From Amoebophrya sp. A120 (lineage: Eukaryota; Protista; Dinoflagellata): a stretch of DNA of 64,000 bases. Every line of letters begins with the position of its first letter. Positions within the stretch are counted from its first letter, which is position 1. Positions 12,601 to 23,605 of this stretch are shown here, piece by piece. The notes beneath the pieces were generated by a model. It was given only the letters and a program-made list of their open reading frames with translations. It made no database searches and had not been told where the DNA came from. Where the stretch lies: contig CAJINV010000004.1 of NCBI GenBank assembly GCA_905178155.1, positions 3,443,320 to 3,507,319 on the forward strand, in the 5' to 3' direction. The translations under genes and the position numbers were made by a program.

Positions 12601-14480
12601 ACCGAAACGCCCACTCCCGCTCGCCCTTGCACTTACAAAGTTACAAAATATGCAAGTAAAAGACCTACACTGAAAATTGTGTGTGGAGCAAAACCAACAG
12701 CAAGTACATAAGTCGTTGCAACAGAAAAAGTACGTACATCAGGATTCGCGCTGTCGACTTTGCCGTCCTTGTTGAAGAACATGCGTTGGCTATGGAGAGA
12801 GAAAACTTCGTCGATAGTATAGGCCGTGGTCTTCTGCATGTTATTGTTAATGTTTCTCCGAAAGTCACAGGCTTTTCTCGTATTAAAATTGCAAAAAACA
12901 CGAAGAGAAACTCCGCATCAGATTTGATTGTGTGTGATGCAGCAAGATTCTAGCTGATGAGGGATTGTGACGAACTTTTCTTGTTGGATATTGGTGACCC
13001 TTGTGGTAGATGCAACCTTATCCGGGTACAAAGTGCACTACCGCTGGAAGTGGCAAAAATTTAGTTTCTGATGCAAAGTTTTTGTGTTGCATGAAAGGAG
13101 CATGAGTCTTCCTGATTCAGAGCGTCGGCCTAGGAAGTATCTCTCACAAGCGACAAATTTTGCAGTTGCTAGGCCTTTGCGAAACACAGATTTTTGCTAT
13201 TCCCTACTGAAAATTTCTCATGCTGGAAGATGCAAGATAGCAGGAAGAAGGCTGAACTTAGAAATACAAACACTTTCCCTTTCCAGAGGTAGGGGCACGA
13301 CTTTTCACTTCGATACACCTTGGGGCAAAATTTCCGGCAATTTGATCTGGTCAACCTGTACGCTGCCTATCAAAGAACAAAACAGTGTAAGTGTAAGTCT
13401 GTCGTGCAAAGCAAGCATTTGCAACATAGTTACACTTGTCATGCTGGCCAGACATGAAGTCCTCTTTTCATAGAAAGATATATGTTGTTATGTGCTAGCT
13501 GCGCAGCACACGCTTTTATTCTCTGAAGTCATGCAGAACGTATTATTTGTCAGACTTCGACACTAACACAGCTTTTTTCGTGGAATACTGCCTGCATCCC
13601 GGTTAATGCCCAGCCGTTTCGCAGCAAAATCGCACTCCTCTACACTCTGCAACTTTCCCTTGGCCGGGCAAACCTCGCCGTAATCTGGTTTTTGATTTTG
13701 GAAAATTATAAACGCACTATTGTAAACCTAATACGCGTTTTTTCAATAGCGGCGTAGGATCAAAATTTTCTGTACAACTGTAAATGCTGACAGCATGATC
13801 ACAGCGATGATCCTATCGCGACATCCATGATCGCCATTTGATTTTCACTTTTCATTTCCTGCTTTTACATCACAAAAAGCTCAGTTGTAGTAAGTACCCA
13901 GCTTGAAGTAGGTCGGCGGCAAAATCGACACGCCCGTCTCGCTTTCAACTGTAAAAATGTCTGGCTCTGGAAGGTCCTGACAGTTCTTGTCATGCACGTT
14001 TTACATGAGCCACGATGTCTGTGATGCATACCCTAGCAATACAGAGGGCTTCTTGATGGCTATTCCGCATGGCAAATGCCTTCTCAGCGTAGCAAAAACT
14101 GCATTCCCTTTGCTACTCATGCAATACAGATTTTTTTGGAATCCAAATGCAGCATCACAAATTGCATTCTTCCAGACCTAGACATTTTTGCACTTGGTAC
14201 TCGCGGAAGGGACCGGCAAGGGGCGGTCCTTGCTCGCCCGCGAGAGAGATCCCGAGGGCCTCCGAGCCTGTAGATTGGGCTGTGTACTTGTTTCTACTCA
14301 AAGCGGCTGCAAACTTAGAGCGCTCCTGCAGAAGCCCACTGCGCACGCTTTCCTGCAGAAAGGACGCCGCACCCTTTATTTTCCCTCCTGTGGTCGATGC
14401 CGTGCCGGGAAGGAAATTCGGATTCGTAGGATCGCTGTAGCCAGTCACACTGGATGCGGAGGCCGCCGCGTGCTCTGTGT
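9621..14480 (-). CDS. Large hypothetical protein with a Cys-containing module (C..EEC..AAxxLG..PQGCIY..FFN..ICK); 5' end uncertain
   Basis: GT-AG intron 10167-10301 joins RRLSA|LAVNYD in frame. Introners at 11678, 12237, 13019, 13368 and 13943 restore frame. Further GT introns inferred near 12570-12735, 12860-12975 and 13690-13897. Confidence 0.65.
11678..12108. mobile_element. Introner family A with ~180-bp internal insertion
   Basis: TSD TTGCA/TTGCA; extra segment ~11717-11896 relative to sister copies at 45083 and 53692. Confidence 0.92.
12237..12511. mobile_element. Introner family A
   Basis: TSD AGCGG/AGCGG; right terminus decayed. Confidence 0.88.
13019..13315. mobile_element. Degenerate introner
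   Basis: TAT...ATA ends; TSD AACCT/CACCT; frame restored (LPQG|CIY). Confidence 0.7.
13368..13587. mobile_element. Introner family D-like
   Basis: TSD CTGCC/CTGCC; frame restored. Confidence 0.82.
13943..14199. mobile_element. Introner family A
   Basis: TSD CTCGC/CTCGC; ends TTT...GTA. Confidence 0.9.
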
Positions 14481-16060
14481 AACAGATTCTTCGGAGATTG
14501 AAACTGTAACTGGTGAAAGAACAAAGAAGTTCTCTGCATAGTACTTACATGAGTCGTGTGAGAGAAATGGAAATCAAAGAGGAACGAAAAATACCCGTGG
14601 ATGTAATTTTTCAACTGACTAAAAAAAGCACTTTGAATTTGATACTACACAGACATACACAACTTTTGAAAACAAGCCGTAGAAGTACCACTTTCCAGGC
14701 GTGCCGCGGAGCTTCGCATTACGGAGGCGAAAGCGTTCGCAAAACGTGACCTAGTGTTCGAAGGGTTCATAACCTCCTGATCGAGTCGATTATTTTCAAG
14801 GAACCCTGGACGAGGAGGATTACTATTCCCGCCGCCGGAATACGCGGCCACTGCACCCGTCAATACCACCATGTGCTCTGCCGCAAAGCGCAACTGAAAG
14901 GCGATCCAGGAACTGATCGGGAGCCAAAACGCCCCGGAACCTTGACCTCGATGCAGTTCCCTCATTCTCATCGCAGAGGACCCTTTCATCTCTTCGGCGG
15001 TAGTACCAGCGGTGTTCCTCCCTGTGACCTCGCGCCGCCGGGGGTGCTCCTCCGTGTCACCTCGCGCCGCGGCCCCCGCAGTTTGTTCTTACACAACTTC
15101 AACTTCGTTGCTTCGTACTTCTAAAATTCTATCGCCCGCCACACGAGAGCAACTGTTTCGCTTCAGGCCCGGAAGGCCGCAGCGGCGGACCCAATGGCAC
15201 GGCCCCATGATATTCGAACGCTGATGTTGTCCGTTTCTATAGCTGCGCGCGTGGAAAAATGTGAAAGAAATAAACAAAGGAGCGGAAGGTGATTTGGCCC
15301 AGATAATCTTTCTAGCATACAACTACAGGCGTGATTAAGTGCAACCTAACTTTTTGAAGTTGATGCAGAGAGCAGAGAGTTTTTAAAAGTCTTCAACTCG
15401 TCGTGTTTATACCCGTCCCTCAAGTAGTAGACAGTCGCGCGTGGCCGGTCTTACTAGCCACACAAATGATCTCGACTATGTATAATACAGAAAGCAAAAA
15501 CAACTCAACAACCTATACTGAAATGATGTTGAACAGTGTCCGTGTGTGCAAGGGCGGCCAGAAGTTGTGCGAGCTCTAGTAGTCGGATGGAGTTGTTTTG
15601 TGCTTTTCGTTTCTCTTTCTGGATAAAAATTCATATCTGAGTACCACCCCATGCTCTCTTCCTCCCAAATTTGGCATCGCAACCGACGCAACTAGTGCAA
15701 ATCGCGAAAATGTTCTACTAGCCTTGACGCCAAGATGGACCAACTTGCTCTTGGTCATCAAGAAACGGAGAAGCATGACAAAGTAAAGATGAGTCGGTCT
15801 GTATTCTCGGTACTACAGAAAAAAAATGTATACTCTGCGTCGCAAAAAGAGCTAGAGCACCCAAAAAAATAAAAATAACTCTGCGGCCCCCCATTCAACA
15901 TCCAGAAGCAGGTGGAGAACTTGCAAAATATTCAACCGATGTTGTAACAAGCAGGTTGGTTGCCAAAGGAAGGAGTTTTCATCTTCATCGCCTGACTTGA
16001 CAAAAACATAGAAAAACAAAATCACTGTGAAATGAAAGAATAAAGCAAGCTGAAGCTTTT

Positions 16061-19000
16061 TCACAAGAAACTTCCCTCCGGCACAATTCTGGTTGCTACG
16101 TCCGGCGACACCACGCGCAGCGCCTGCGCGTTCAGCTTCCCACTTGGGGGCGGCAGAAGTTTGATCGCAAAGGACGGCAGGTCGTCCCAGGTCGCGAACG
16201 GGCCTTCCGCGAGGACGGATACCCGTATCGGGGCTACGTGCTGCTTTTTCCGCGGCCCCTGCAGCATGAACGGAATTTCGTACATGTCCCAAAATTTCGT
16301 CATCCGCGCAACGTTGTCCGCAATGCTGCCCCACATCTCGTTCCCGTTTCCCTGGTAGGTCCCGAGCACGTTGGGGTTGTTCCATACTATTCTGTGGAAA
16401 AACGTCCGCACCTCCCCAGTGTCAAATTCTTTAGTAATTTTGCTTGTACACAAATCAAAAAATGATCTTGGCTGTTACGCATCAAGAGTCCCAGCTCGCA
16501 GTGTAGTTAGAAATCGTGTGTAGGAGCTAGTCCTAGTATGTAAAGGTGCATCACAAAAAATCGATCATCTTTATCTTGATTCTAGCATGCAATAAGCTGC
16601 CTGATCCAGACAACACTCCTCGAAGACAAAATGCTCTTTATGGAGCTCGAGCTACAACGCATGTGCAGAGATATAATTTGAGGTTCGTTGTAGATTCGCT
16701 CCACAAGCCGGGAGTGAGGACGTTTCTAAGTACACAGGATACACACCAGAATCTCTTCTTCCGGCACATACCGATGGATAGGGAGGTCCCGCCCAATGCC
16801 AAACTCAAACCGCCCCCGCGTCATCATTTGGGGGTTTCCCGCCTTTTGCCCGCCCCACGCCTGGTTCTGCAGTTTCTGGGCGCGCTTCTCGTAGAACCGG
16901 TCATTGTAGTCCGCCCACTATGCACTTTGCATACATGTCTAGAGAACATGAAACGCATGACGAATAATCGAACCGTGACAAAAAAGAACTGGCGTTGCAT
17001 CGTGAGCGTGACACGCATGTAGCTGACTGGTTTTTGATAAATAAGAACTGAATATAATGCCAGCCAAGCATGACAAAGAACCCTGCTGCATGTAGTTGTA
17101 CTATTCTGGACCAAGACATACTTGCATTTCGTACCCTCTCCGCCACCATGCCCTGCTTCCAGGGGTAGTACACCCCGCTCGCCACTAACTGCGCGTCGTA
17201 GTCTTCGGGAATGGCGCCGTCGGCCTCCGTTTGCTTCTTGAATTGCTTCACCGCCTGCGACGCTTCCGGCCCGAATTCCGCGATCTCCACGTCCCCAGTG
17301 GTGGGATTCATCTTTTTCGCATACTTGCTATCCAGGACAAAAACTGTGCTAGTGCATAGAAAGATACTCTCTTGTTGGATGAGCTGCAGCAGGAGCGCCA
17401 ATTTGTTTCCCATGATGACGGAAAAAACTTACTTGTCGGGCGCCAGTAGCGCCTGAATAGTCAATCGCTCATGAAGTACTTATGGTGGATGTAGTAACTG
17501 AGCATCATCATGAAGGCAAGTGTGAAAAGGAAAACCGTGCTGCATTTGGATTTTGATATTCATCAGCTTCTGCATCAGAGACAACTACACACTCAAATCG
17601 ACAGTTTTGTTTCTGCATACTCGCCGTCGAAGTTGTAGCCGTGCTATCCTGAGTAAAAACGTACCCACACCAGAGTTGTAATGCAAATCTGCATCCTGAA
17701 AATGTTTCTCATGCGGAGCCCCATGAGAAGCATTTTCTAGTCGTGTTTTGCAATTTGTCATGCTCCAATCAGCATGGTGTGCTAGATCTGTGATGCTGCT
17801 GAGCTAGCTCAAACAGCACTGCACTACGAATCCAAATTTGTCATGCAAAACATCCAAAACTTGTGGATTTGTCTAGCCGATTCCCCATCTTGACTATGGT
17901 GTGGGTACGTTTTTACTCAGGATACGTGCTCATTCCACCCCATGTAGTAGGCACCGAGCAGGCCCGCGACCGGCTATCCTGAGTAAAAACGTACCCACCC
18001 CATAGTTGTCATGCAGATTTGCCATGACAGGAACAGTTGTGATGCGCAACCCCATGACACGCATTTTCAATCGTGTTATGGGAACTTGTAATGCTGTAAA
18101 CAGGATCAGAAGGTCGATTTGTGATGCGGCTTTCCTTGCGAACCTGCACTACACTACGGACTGCAACTTGTCACGCGTGACTCACAAAGCTACTAGGTTT
18201 GTGTTGCAAAATCCCCATCCTGACTCTGGTGTGGGTACGTTTTTACTGAGGATACCGGCGACGCCATGTTTCCCAGCGAATTCAGAAAGCCCTTCCACAT
18301 GGCCGGCTGCGTGTTTAAAAGTTGGTCGTAGGCCGGGAACCCGCGAAAGTAGTTGTCGTCCATCTGTTTGAGCTGCGGATTAGGCGGGTACTTCACCTCA
18401 CCGACCGTGGCGTCGCCATGCACCTCGATGTGGTCCGCCGGGCCGCCGTAATAGTATCCCGTGTAAAAACGTCCCAAAGAGCCCTAGACTTATTGTCATG
18501 CAAATCTGCATGCCTAGAATGTTTGTTCTCATGCGCAACAGCTGCCCCACCTGTTGATTATAGATTTGTATACTGCAAAATTATTAACCCATGATCTTGA
18601 CAACAATGCGGTCTTGTTGCGGAAGATCAGACGTTTCGGACGTTTTTACTCCGGATCATAACCTGGGCCGCATAATCTCGATCTCCACTGGTAAAGAGGT
18701 GTCCCCCATGCGGTACAGGTGGTGTATGGGGGTGTCAGGATCGAAATCGACAAAATCGAAATAATTTGCGATGCATAAAATCGATACCAGTTGGACCCAC
18801 AGTTTCTAGTCAGCTCATGACAAATTTTGTCCGTACAACCGGAAGCCAGTTTGTCATGCTGTTTAGGGCATCAAAGGGGCTCGCCCCCTCTGTGATGCTA
18901 ATCAGCAGCCCAAAGCTCGACCCTTGCCAGCGCTACAATCTGCCTTCCTTGCGTCCTCTGCAATAGAGGCAATTTCAGCGCTGCATTTCATGCATGGCAA

Positions 19001-19208
19001 ACTATTTCAACTTTGACGATTTCGATCCTGGCACTCCCATATGGTGGTCGCCCAGCTTCGTCCCGTGCTCCCGACCGCGCTCCGGGTCCAGCTGGTGGGC
19101 GCCGAGGCACTTGCGCAGCTCCGCCGTCATCTTCCCCCCGTTCTCCATGGCCGTCTTGACGTCGGCCAAACAGGCCGGGCTCGCGCCCTCGACTAGCTTC
19201 AGAGCCAT
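16061..19208 (-). CDS. Hypothetical protein (~390 aa), 7 introner introns
   Basis: MALKLVEG...GDHH|LYRMG...MRPR|YGGPADH...MASP|VAGLLG...NEH|GYNFDGE|YAKKM...VAER|ADYND...EILVW|NNPNV...EGSFL* reads continuously after removal; GC-ending codons; no family recognised. Confidence 0.85.
16388..16741. mobile_element. Degenerate introner (B-like)
   Basis: TSD CATAC/CACAC; frame restored. Confidence 0.75.
16919..17133. mobile_element. Degenerate introner (A-like)
   Basis: TSD CCCAC/CCCTC; frame restored. Confidence 0.75.
17329..17619. mobile_element. Introner (D-like)
   Basis: TSD CTTGC/CTCGC; frame restored. Confidence 0.8.
17645..17924. mobile_element. Introner family B
   Basis: TSD CGTGC/CGTGC; perfect TIR. 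Confidence 0.96.
17975..18254. mobile_element. Introner family B
   Basis: TSD CCGGC/CCGGC. Confidence 0.95.
18455..18660. mobile_element. Degenerate introner (B-like)
   Basis: GTAAAAACGTCC inverted pair; TSD decayed, but removing element + 5 nt restores frame. Confidence 0.7.
18725..19041. mobile_element. Introner family F (TATGG..GTCAGG..GAAATCG)
   Basis: TSD TGGTG/TGGTG; related to 24522-24828. Confidence 0.9.
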
Positions 19209-19873
19209 GGCAACTTCTAGGTTGCTCTTCTAGTAGTTCTACAGGCAAAGGGTGGCGCTGTGGTCTTTTCTGTTTACTTCAAGAATTACATCTAACGCTA
19301 CTTATTACTTTTCATTTCATCGCGTCGACATTCTACTAAGAAAAGGATCCTCCGTGGTAAGAATCAATGTGATAGATTTGTTCCGCGCAAATGCCACAGG
19401 CGGCTCCTGCGGTAGAAAGATAACTCTCAAACTCTCTTACGTCACGACCTTTATTCTCATTCTTTCTTCCAAAATAACGTGCGTCACCTTCCACCAACTC
19501 CTCTCATTCTCGCGAGACGACGTCCGACGTGTGTTCCAGACGCCGAAAATTTCTAAGAGGTCCTTACACCTACGATACTCAAAACTGTTCCGAATAATCG
19601 GGAGCGATAAGACGGCTTCACAATTATCGATAAGAACTCTTGGCATTTATCCGACCAGTCCACAAGGTCACAACGGCACAAAGAACTGCACAAGCAGTAG
19701 TTCGCTATCGCAGGTAGTTTGATGCTATTGTACAAAATCTTAATTGGCTTTTCGCAGATGCATGCAGGCAGAAGTTCCTGACAAAAACAAAAACTCCTTC
19801 AGAAACAGAAGGTGTGCTCTACATTGTCTTTTGCATTTTTGCATTTTTGCAGATATCAAATTTATCAAAATTG

Positions 19874-22078
19874 GAGTAGGCGTGTGCCTGTAGGCGTTAA
19901 TTCGGGGTGGGTTGGTTGGTCGGTTGGTTGGTTATGCAAATGCTGAAGACGGCGGGCCGTCGCGGGTTATAGAAAAACATTCTTCCGGAGTCGCAGTGCG
20001 TGGCGAGGTCGACGTGCGTCTGGTTTGCGTTTGGTGGTGGACGTATTGTGGCGGAGACATATTCGGCGTCGCGGTGTCGCTATTTCGCTTATCCTGATGT
20101 ACGTGAGTCTGTCGACGACGTTCTGCTTCCCACAATCGAAGCTGGAGAAAGTTGTGCTTTGATATCGGGAATGAGATGCACGCTACCCACCTACCTCCCT
20201 ACCTACCTACCTCGTGATACTGACGCTCCTCTCGTCCATTCATAATCAACCGAAACAAAAAAGATCACGCCCTCCTTCGTGGCTGAGCAGTGGGTAGGTG
20301 GGTTGGTTGGTCGTCATTGGACAATGATGCGTCCGCGTGTCCTCCAGGTGTGGGCGATTTTCACTTGCGGGGCGCAACGGAGGCGCGTCTACACCTACCT
20401 TCCCACCCACCTACTTCTTGATGCGTGTGACAACGAAAATGCGGGAGCTGGGGCAGCGCCCAGTTAGAGTGAAGTGATGAAGAACTACAACTGCTCAGAG
20501 ACAGTCTTGGCTGCAGGCCGGCGACGCCTGGCCCGTGTGTGGTGGCCCGCAAAGGCTCCCGCGTAAACGGTTTGCTATCGCGGGCACCGAAATGGGTGAA
20601 ATGATGCCCATCCTGATGAAAAGCGCCCCGCCCGTAAAGGGCGGTCTTTGATCTAGCAGCCTGTGGCGCTTTTAGTTGCCCGGGGCCCATCGGCGCGGCA
20701 CGGCCACAACGCCGACCGCATCCGCGGGGCGCCACTTGAAGTCTAGAACCCCACTGCTATGGCAGCTTTTAGATTTCCCCTCGCAAGTGATCGGGGTTTT
20801 AGTTGCGATAGAGTGAACTACATACACTGAGGTAGGCGATACGTCTATGCGCGGCGCTTCTCCACCCTCGCCACAAAGCGCACTGCGTGCGCAGGCCAGG
20901 GCCAGAGAGAACGAGCTGCGACATTTTTCTTCCTCCCGCCGAAGGAGCTCGGCTTCATCTTGTGAGAATGAAACGAACCAAGCCAGCGCACCAATGAAGG
21001 CCTGACCCTGAGGCAGAGGATTTGTTTTTCTTTTCTCGTTGTGATTGTGCCACTCACAACAAAGTCACTGAGGATCAGAATCAATTTGAGAACCAAGAAC
21101 AAACTTAAGTGCCTGGGATCGCATTGGGTGCAAGTATGTCTGTGTCTGGTCGAAGCGTTGAACCTTTAGGGCGCGCCCTCACCCCTGCCAGGGAAGGTGG
21201 GTGGGTGGGTCGGCATGTGTGGTCAGCAGGCAGCGCATGCTTGCTCACCCGTGCCAAGGCAGGTGGGTCGGTAGGTCGGTAGGCGTGGCCAGCAGGCAGC
21301 GCATGCTCACCCGTGCCAAGGTAGGTGGGCCGGGAGGTCGGTAGGCGTGGCCAATAGGCAAGGCACACTCGCCCCACCCCCCCACCAGGCAGGTGGGTGG
21401 GTAGGTCGGTAGGCCTGGCCACTAGGCAACGCACGCTCGCCCCACCCCCCCACCAGGCAGGTGGGTGGGTAGGTCGGTAGGCGTGGCCAATAGGCAGCAC
21501 ACGCCTGCCCCCCCCCAACCCGGCAGGTGGTTGGGTAGGTCGGTGGGCGTGGCCAATAGGCAACGCACGCGCGCCCCACCCCTCCCACCAGGCAGGCAGG
21601 GGGGTGGGTAGGTCGGTAGGCGTGGCCAATAGACAACGCACGCTCACCCCACCCGCCCACCAGGCAAGTGGTTGGGTAGGCCGGTAGGTGTGGCCAATGA
21701 ATGCATAGGCCGCGCACCCTTGCCCCCCGCACCAGGCAGGTGGGTGGGTAGGTCGGTAGGCGTGGCCAATAGGCAACGCAAGCTCGGCCCACCCACCCAC
21801 CCGGCAGGTGGGTGGGTGGGTCGGTAGGCGTGGTCACCGATCTCCTCTGGGTGGAAAGGGGTAGGTAGGTAGTTGGGTCGGCGCGATCACGGTAGTACGA
21901 TCGTAAAGAGAGGCGGTAGGTGGGTAGGTAGGCAGCTTCAACGGTGATAGTAGTTAGATGAATCTCAGAAAAACACAAGATACAGCGCAGCGGGTTTGGT
22001 TCCACGGGAAATTTGCATAACCAACCAACCGACCAACCAACCCACCCCGAATTAACGCCTACAGGCCCACGCCTATTG
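19874..22078. mobile_element. Non-autonomous DNA transposon with 65-bp TIRs (Mutator- or hAT-like by TSD length)
   Basis: TIRs 19877-19941 and 22011-22075 (1 mismatch); flanking CAAAATTG(G) duplicated (8-9 bp); no transposase ORF. Confidence 0.85.
21182..21835. repeat. ~60-bp G-rich minisatellite (about 10-11 units)
   Basis: Unit ~CCACCAGGCAGGTGGGTGGGTAGGTCGGTAGGCGTGGCCAATAGGCAACGCACGCTCGCCCCACCC. Confidence 0.95.
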
Positions 22079-23605
22079 CAAAATTGGTTCGTTTTCGCAG
22101 AAATTCTCCTCCTAAACGAGTTGCATCCAGGCTCGTCGTCCTTGTTCTATCGCGGCATCGTATTCGTGGTTCGTAAGTGCCATCTGACCCCTTCGCCTTT
22201 CGGCTCCAGACTGCTTGTCCCTTCTCGTCGCGACATGCTACAGTTGTTCACATGGTCAGCAGGCGGCGAGTCACACCACCGAGTTGCCTCCAGCCTCGCT
22301 GTGCAAGAGAGTCGACAACTGTAGTGATGCAACAGCGCAGGTGCTGTGTTGCTCTTCCTTTTTTCGGTGGTGCTTCTGTACCTGATCCGAGTGGCCCACT
22401 GCCCCGCCCCGCACGCCTAAAAAAACTAAGCCTAAAGGTCGGGAAATCTCGAATCACATCTGCGTGAGTTTTGAAGAAGCAACTTTTGGGATCCTGTGTT
22501 GCCATGACATGCATGGCTTGGCGCAGCGCGATGTTGATGGTCCTACTGAGCTCTTTTTGGAAGTATTGCTACAGGAGGAAGGCAGAGAAGGGGATAGTTG
22601 CTGACTTGTATTTTCACTTCGAGTCCGACTCGACAAAATAAACGCATGATGAGAATATTCAGAAACTACCCCCAAGCAAGCCCTCTGAGATGCACGGCTG
22701 CGCTTTTTACGTAGCAGCAAGCCTTTCCCCTTCCCCCTGCAGTATGCTTCTTTGTGGCTTTTTAATTCTTGTCAAAAATGCTCTTTGGTATAATTGTCGG
22801 CGTGGGTTTGGAGACAGTGTGGCAGCGTGATTCCTGAGACCTTAGAGGGGTAAGGCAAAAACCCTCCCGCGCAGTCGAGCATAGGCGTAAACTTCAACAC
22901 CGCAGCAACTCAAGGAAGGGAATAGAAGCTGGGTCAAGAAATTCACACCCGAACCTTAGGTCTCCTATTTTGGGTCCATTTGCAAAGAAATAAGTCACTA
23001 CGTAAAAAGGCCTTCTTGAACATTAGGAATCACGCCCTAGCGACATCTTTATCTTTGCCCTTCTTTTTTAACCCCGCCAAAAAACAAGCAAGCTAGTAAC
23101 AGATAAAGAATGTCGTTGAGTCTGTTGGGGCATCAGGCGTAGTGGACATCTAAGCTACCTACTCCACTACCCCATCCTTTGCCCCAACTGTGGAATCTGT
23201 TTGGTATTGTGTGTTGCTTTAGCCAATCGAACAACGAGCGCTAACGCTGTGAAACCTCGATACGCAAACAGATATCGAAATCGAGATTCTCTATCCTACT
23301 CAGCTAGCCCTCCCCATACGAACCTCTACGCGATACGAAACTTTTTGTTTTTCTTATGCATTTATACGACAGTACTATACAACTTTTGCAGTTCATAGCA
23401 AAATCGGTTCGTTTTCGCAAAAATTCCTCCTAAACGACCTCCTAAACGAGTTGTTCAGGGTTCTTGTAAGGCAACCTCGAAAACTGAAGAGATGAACAAC
23501 AGAAACAGATGAGAAAGAGATAATACTGTACTTCAGCTGGAGCGTCTACAGCGAAAATCAAAATCAAACACAACACCACCAGAAACTGCAAGTTTCCTCT
23601 ATCGC

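Noticed and set aside
21105-22005. Two ~230-aa repetitive ORFs
   Set aside because: Read-through of the 60-bp minisatellite; open in two frames because of its composition.
22079-23453. ~45-bp similarity between 22079-22125 and 23398-23453
   Set aside because: Real but short; most simply a local duplication, with no element boundaries evident.
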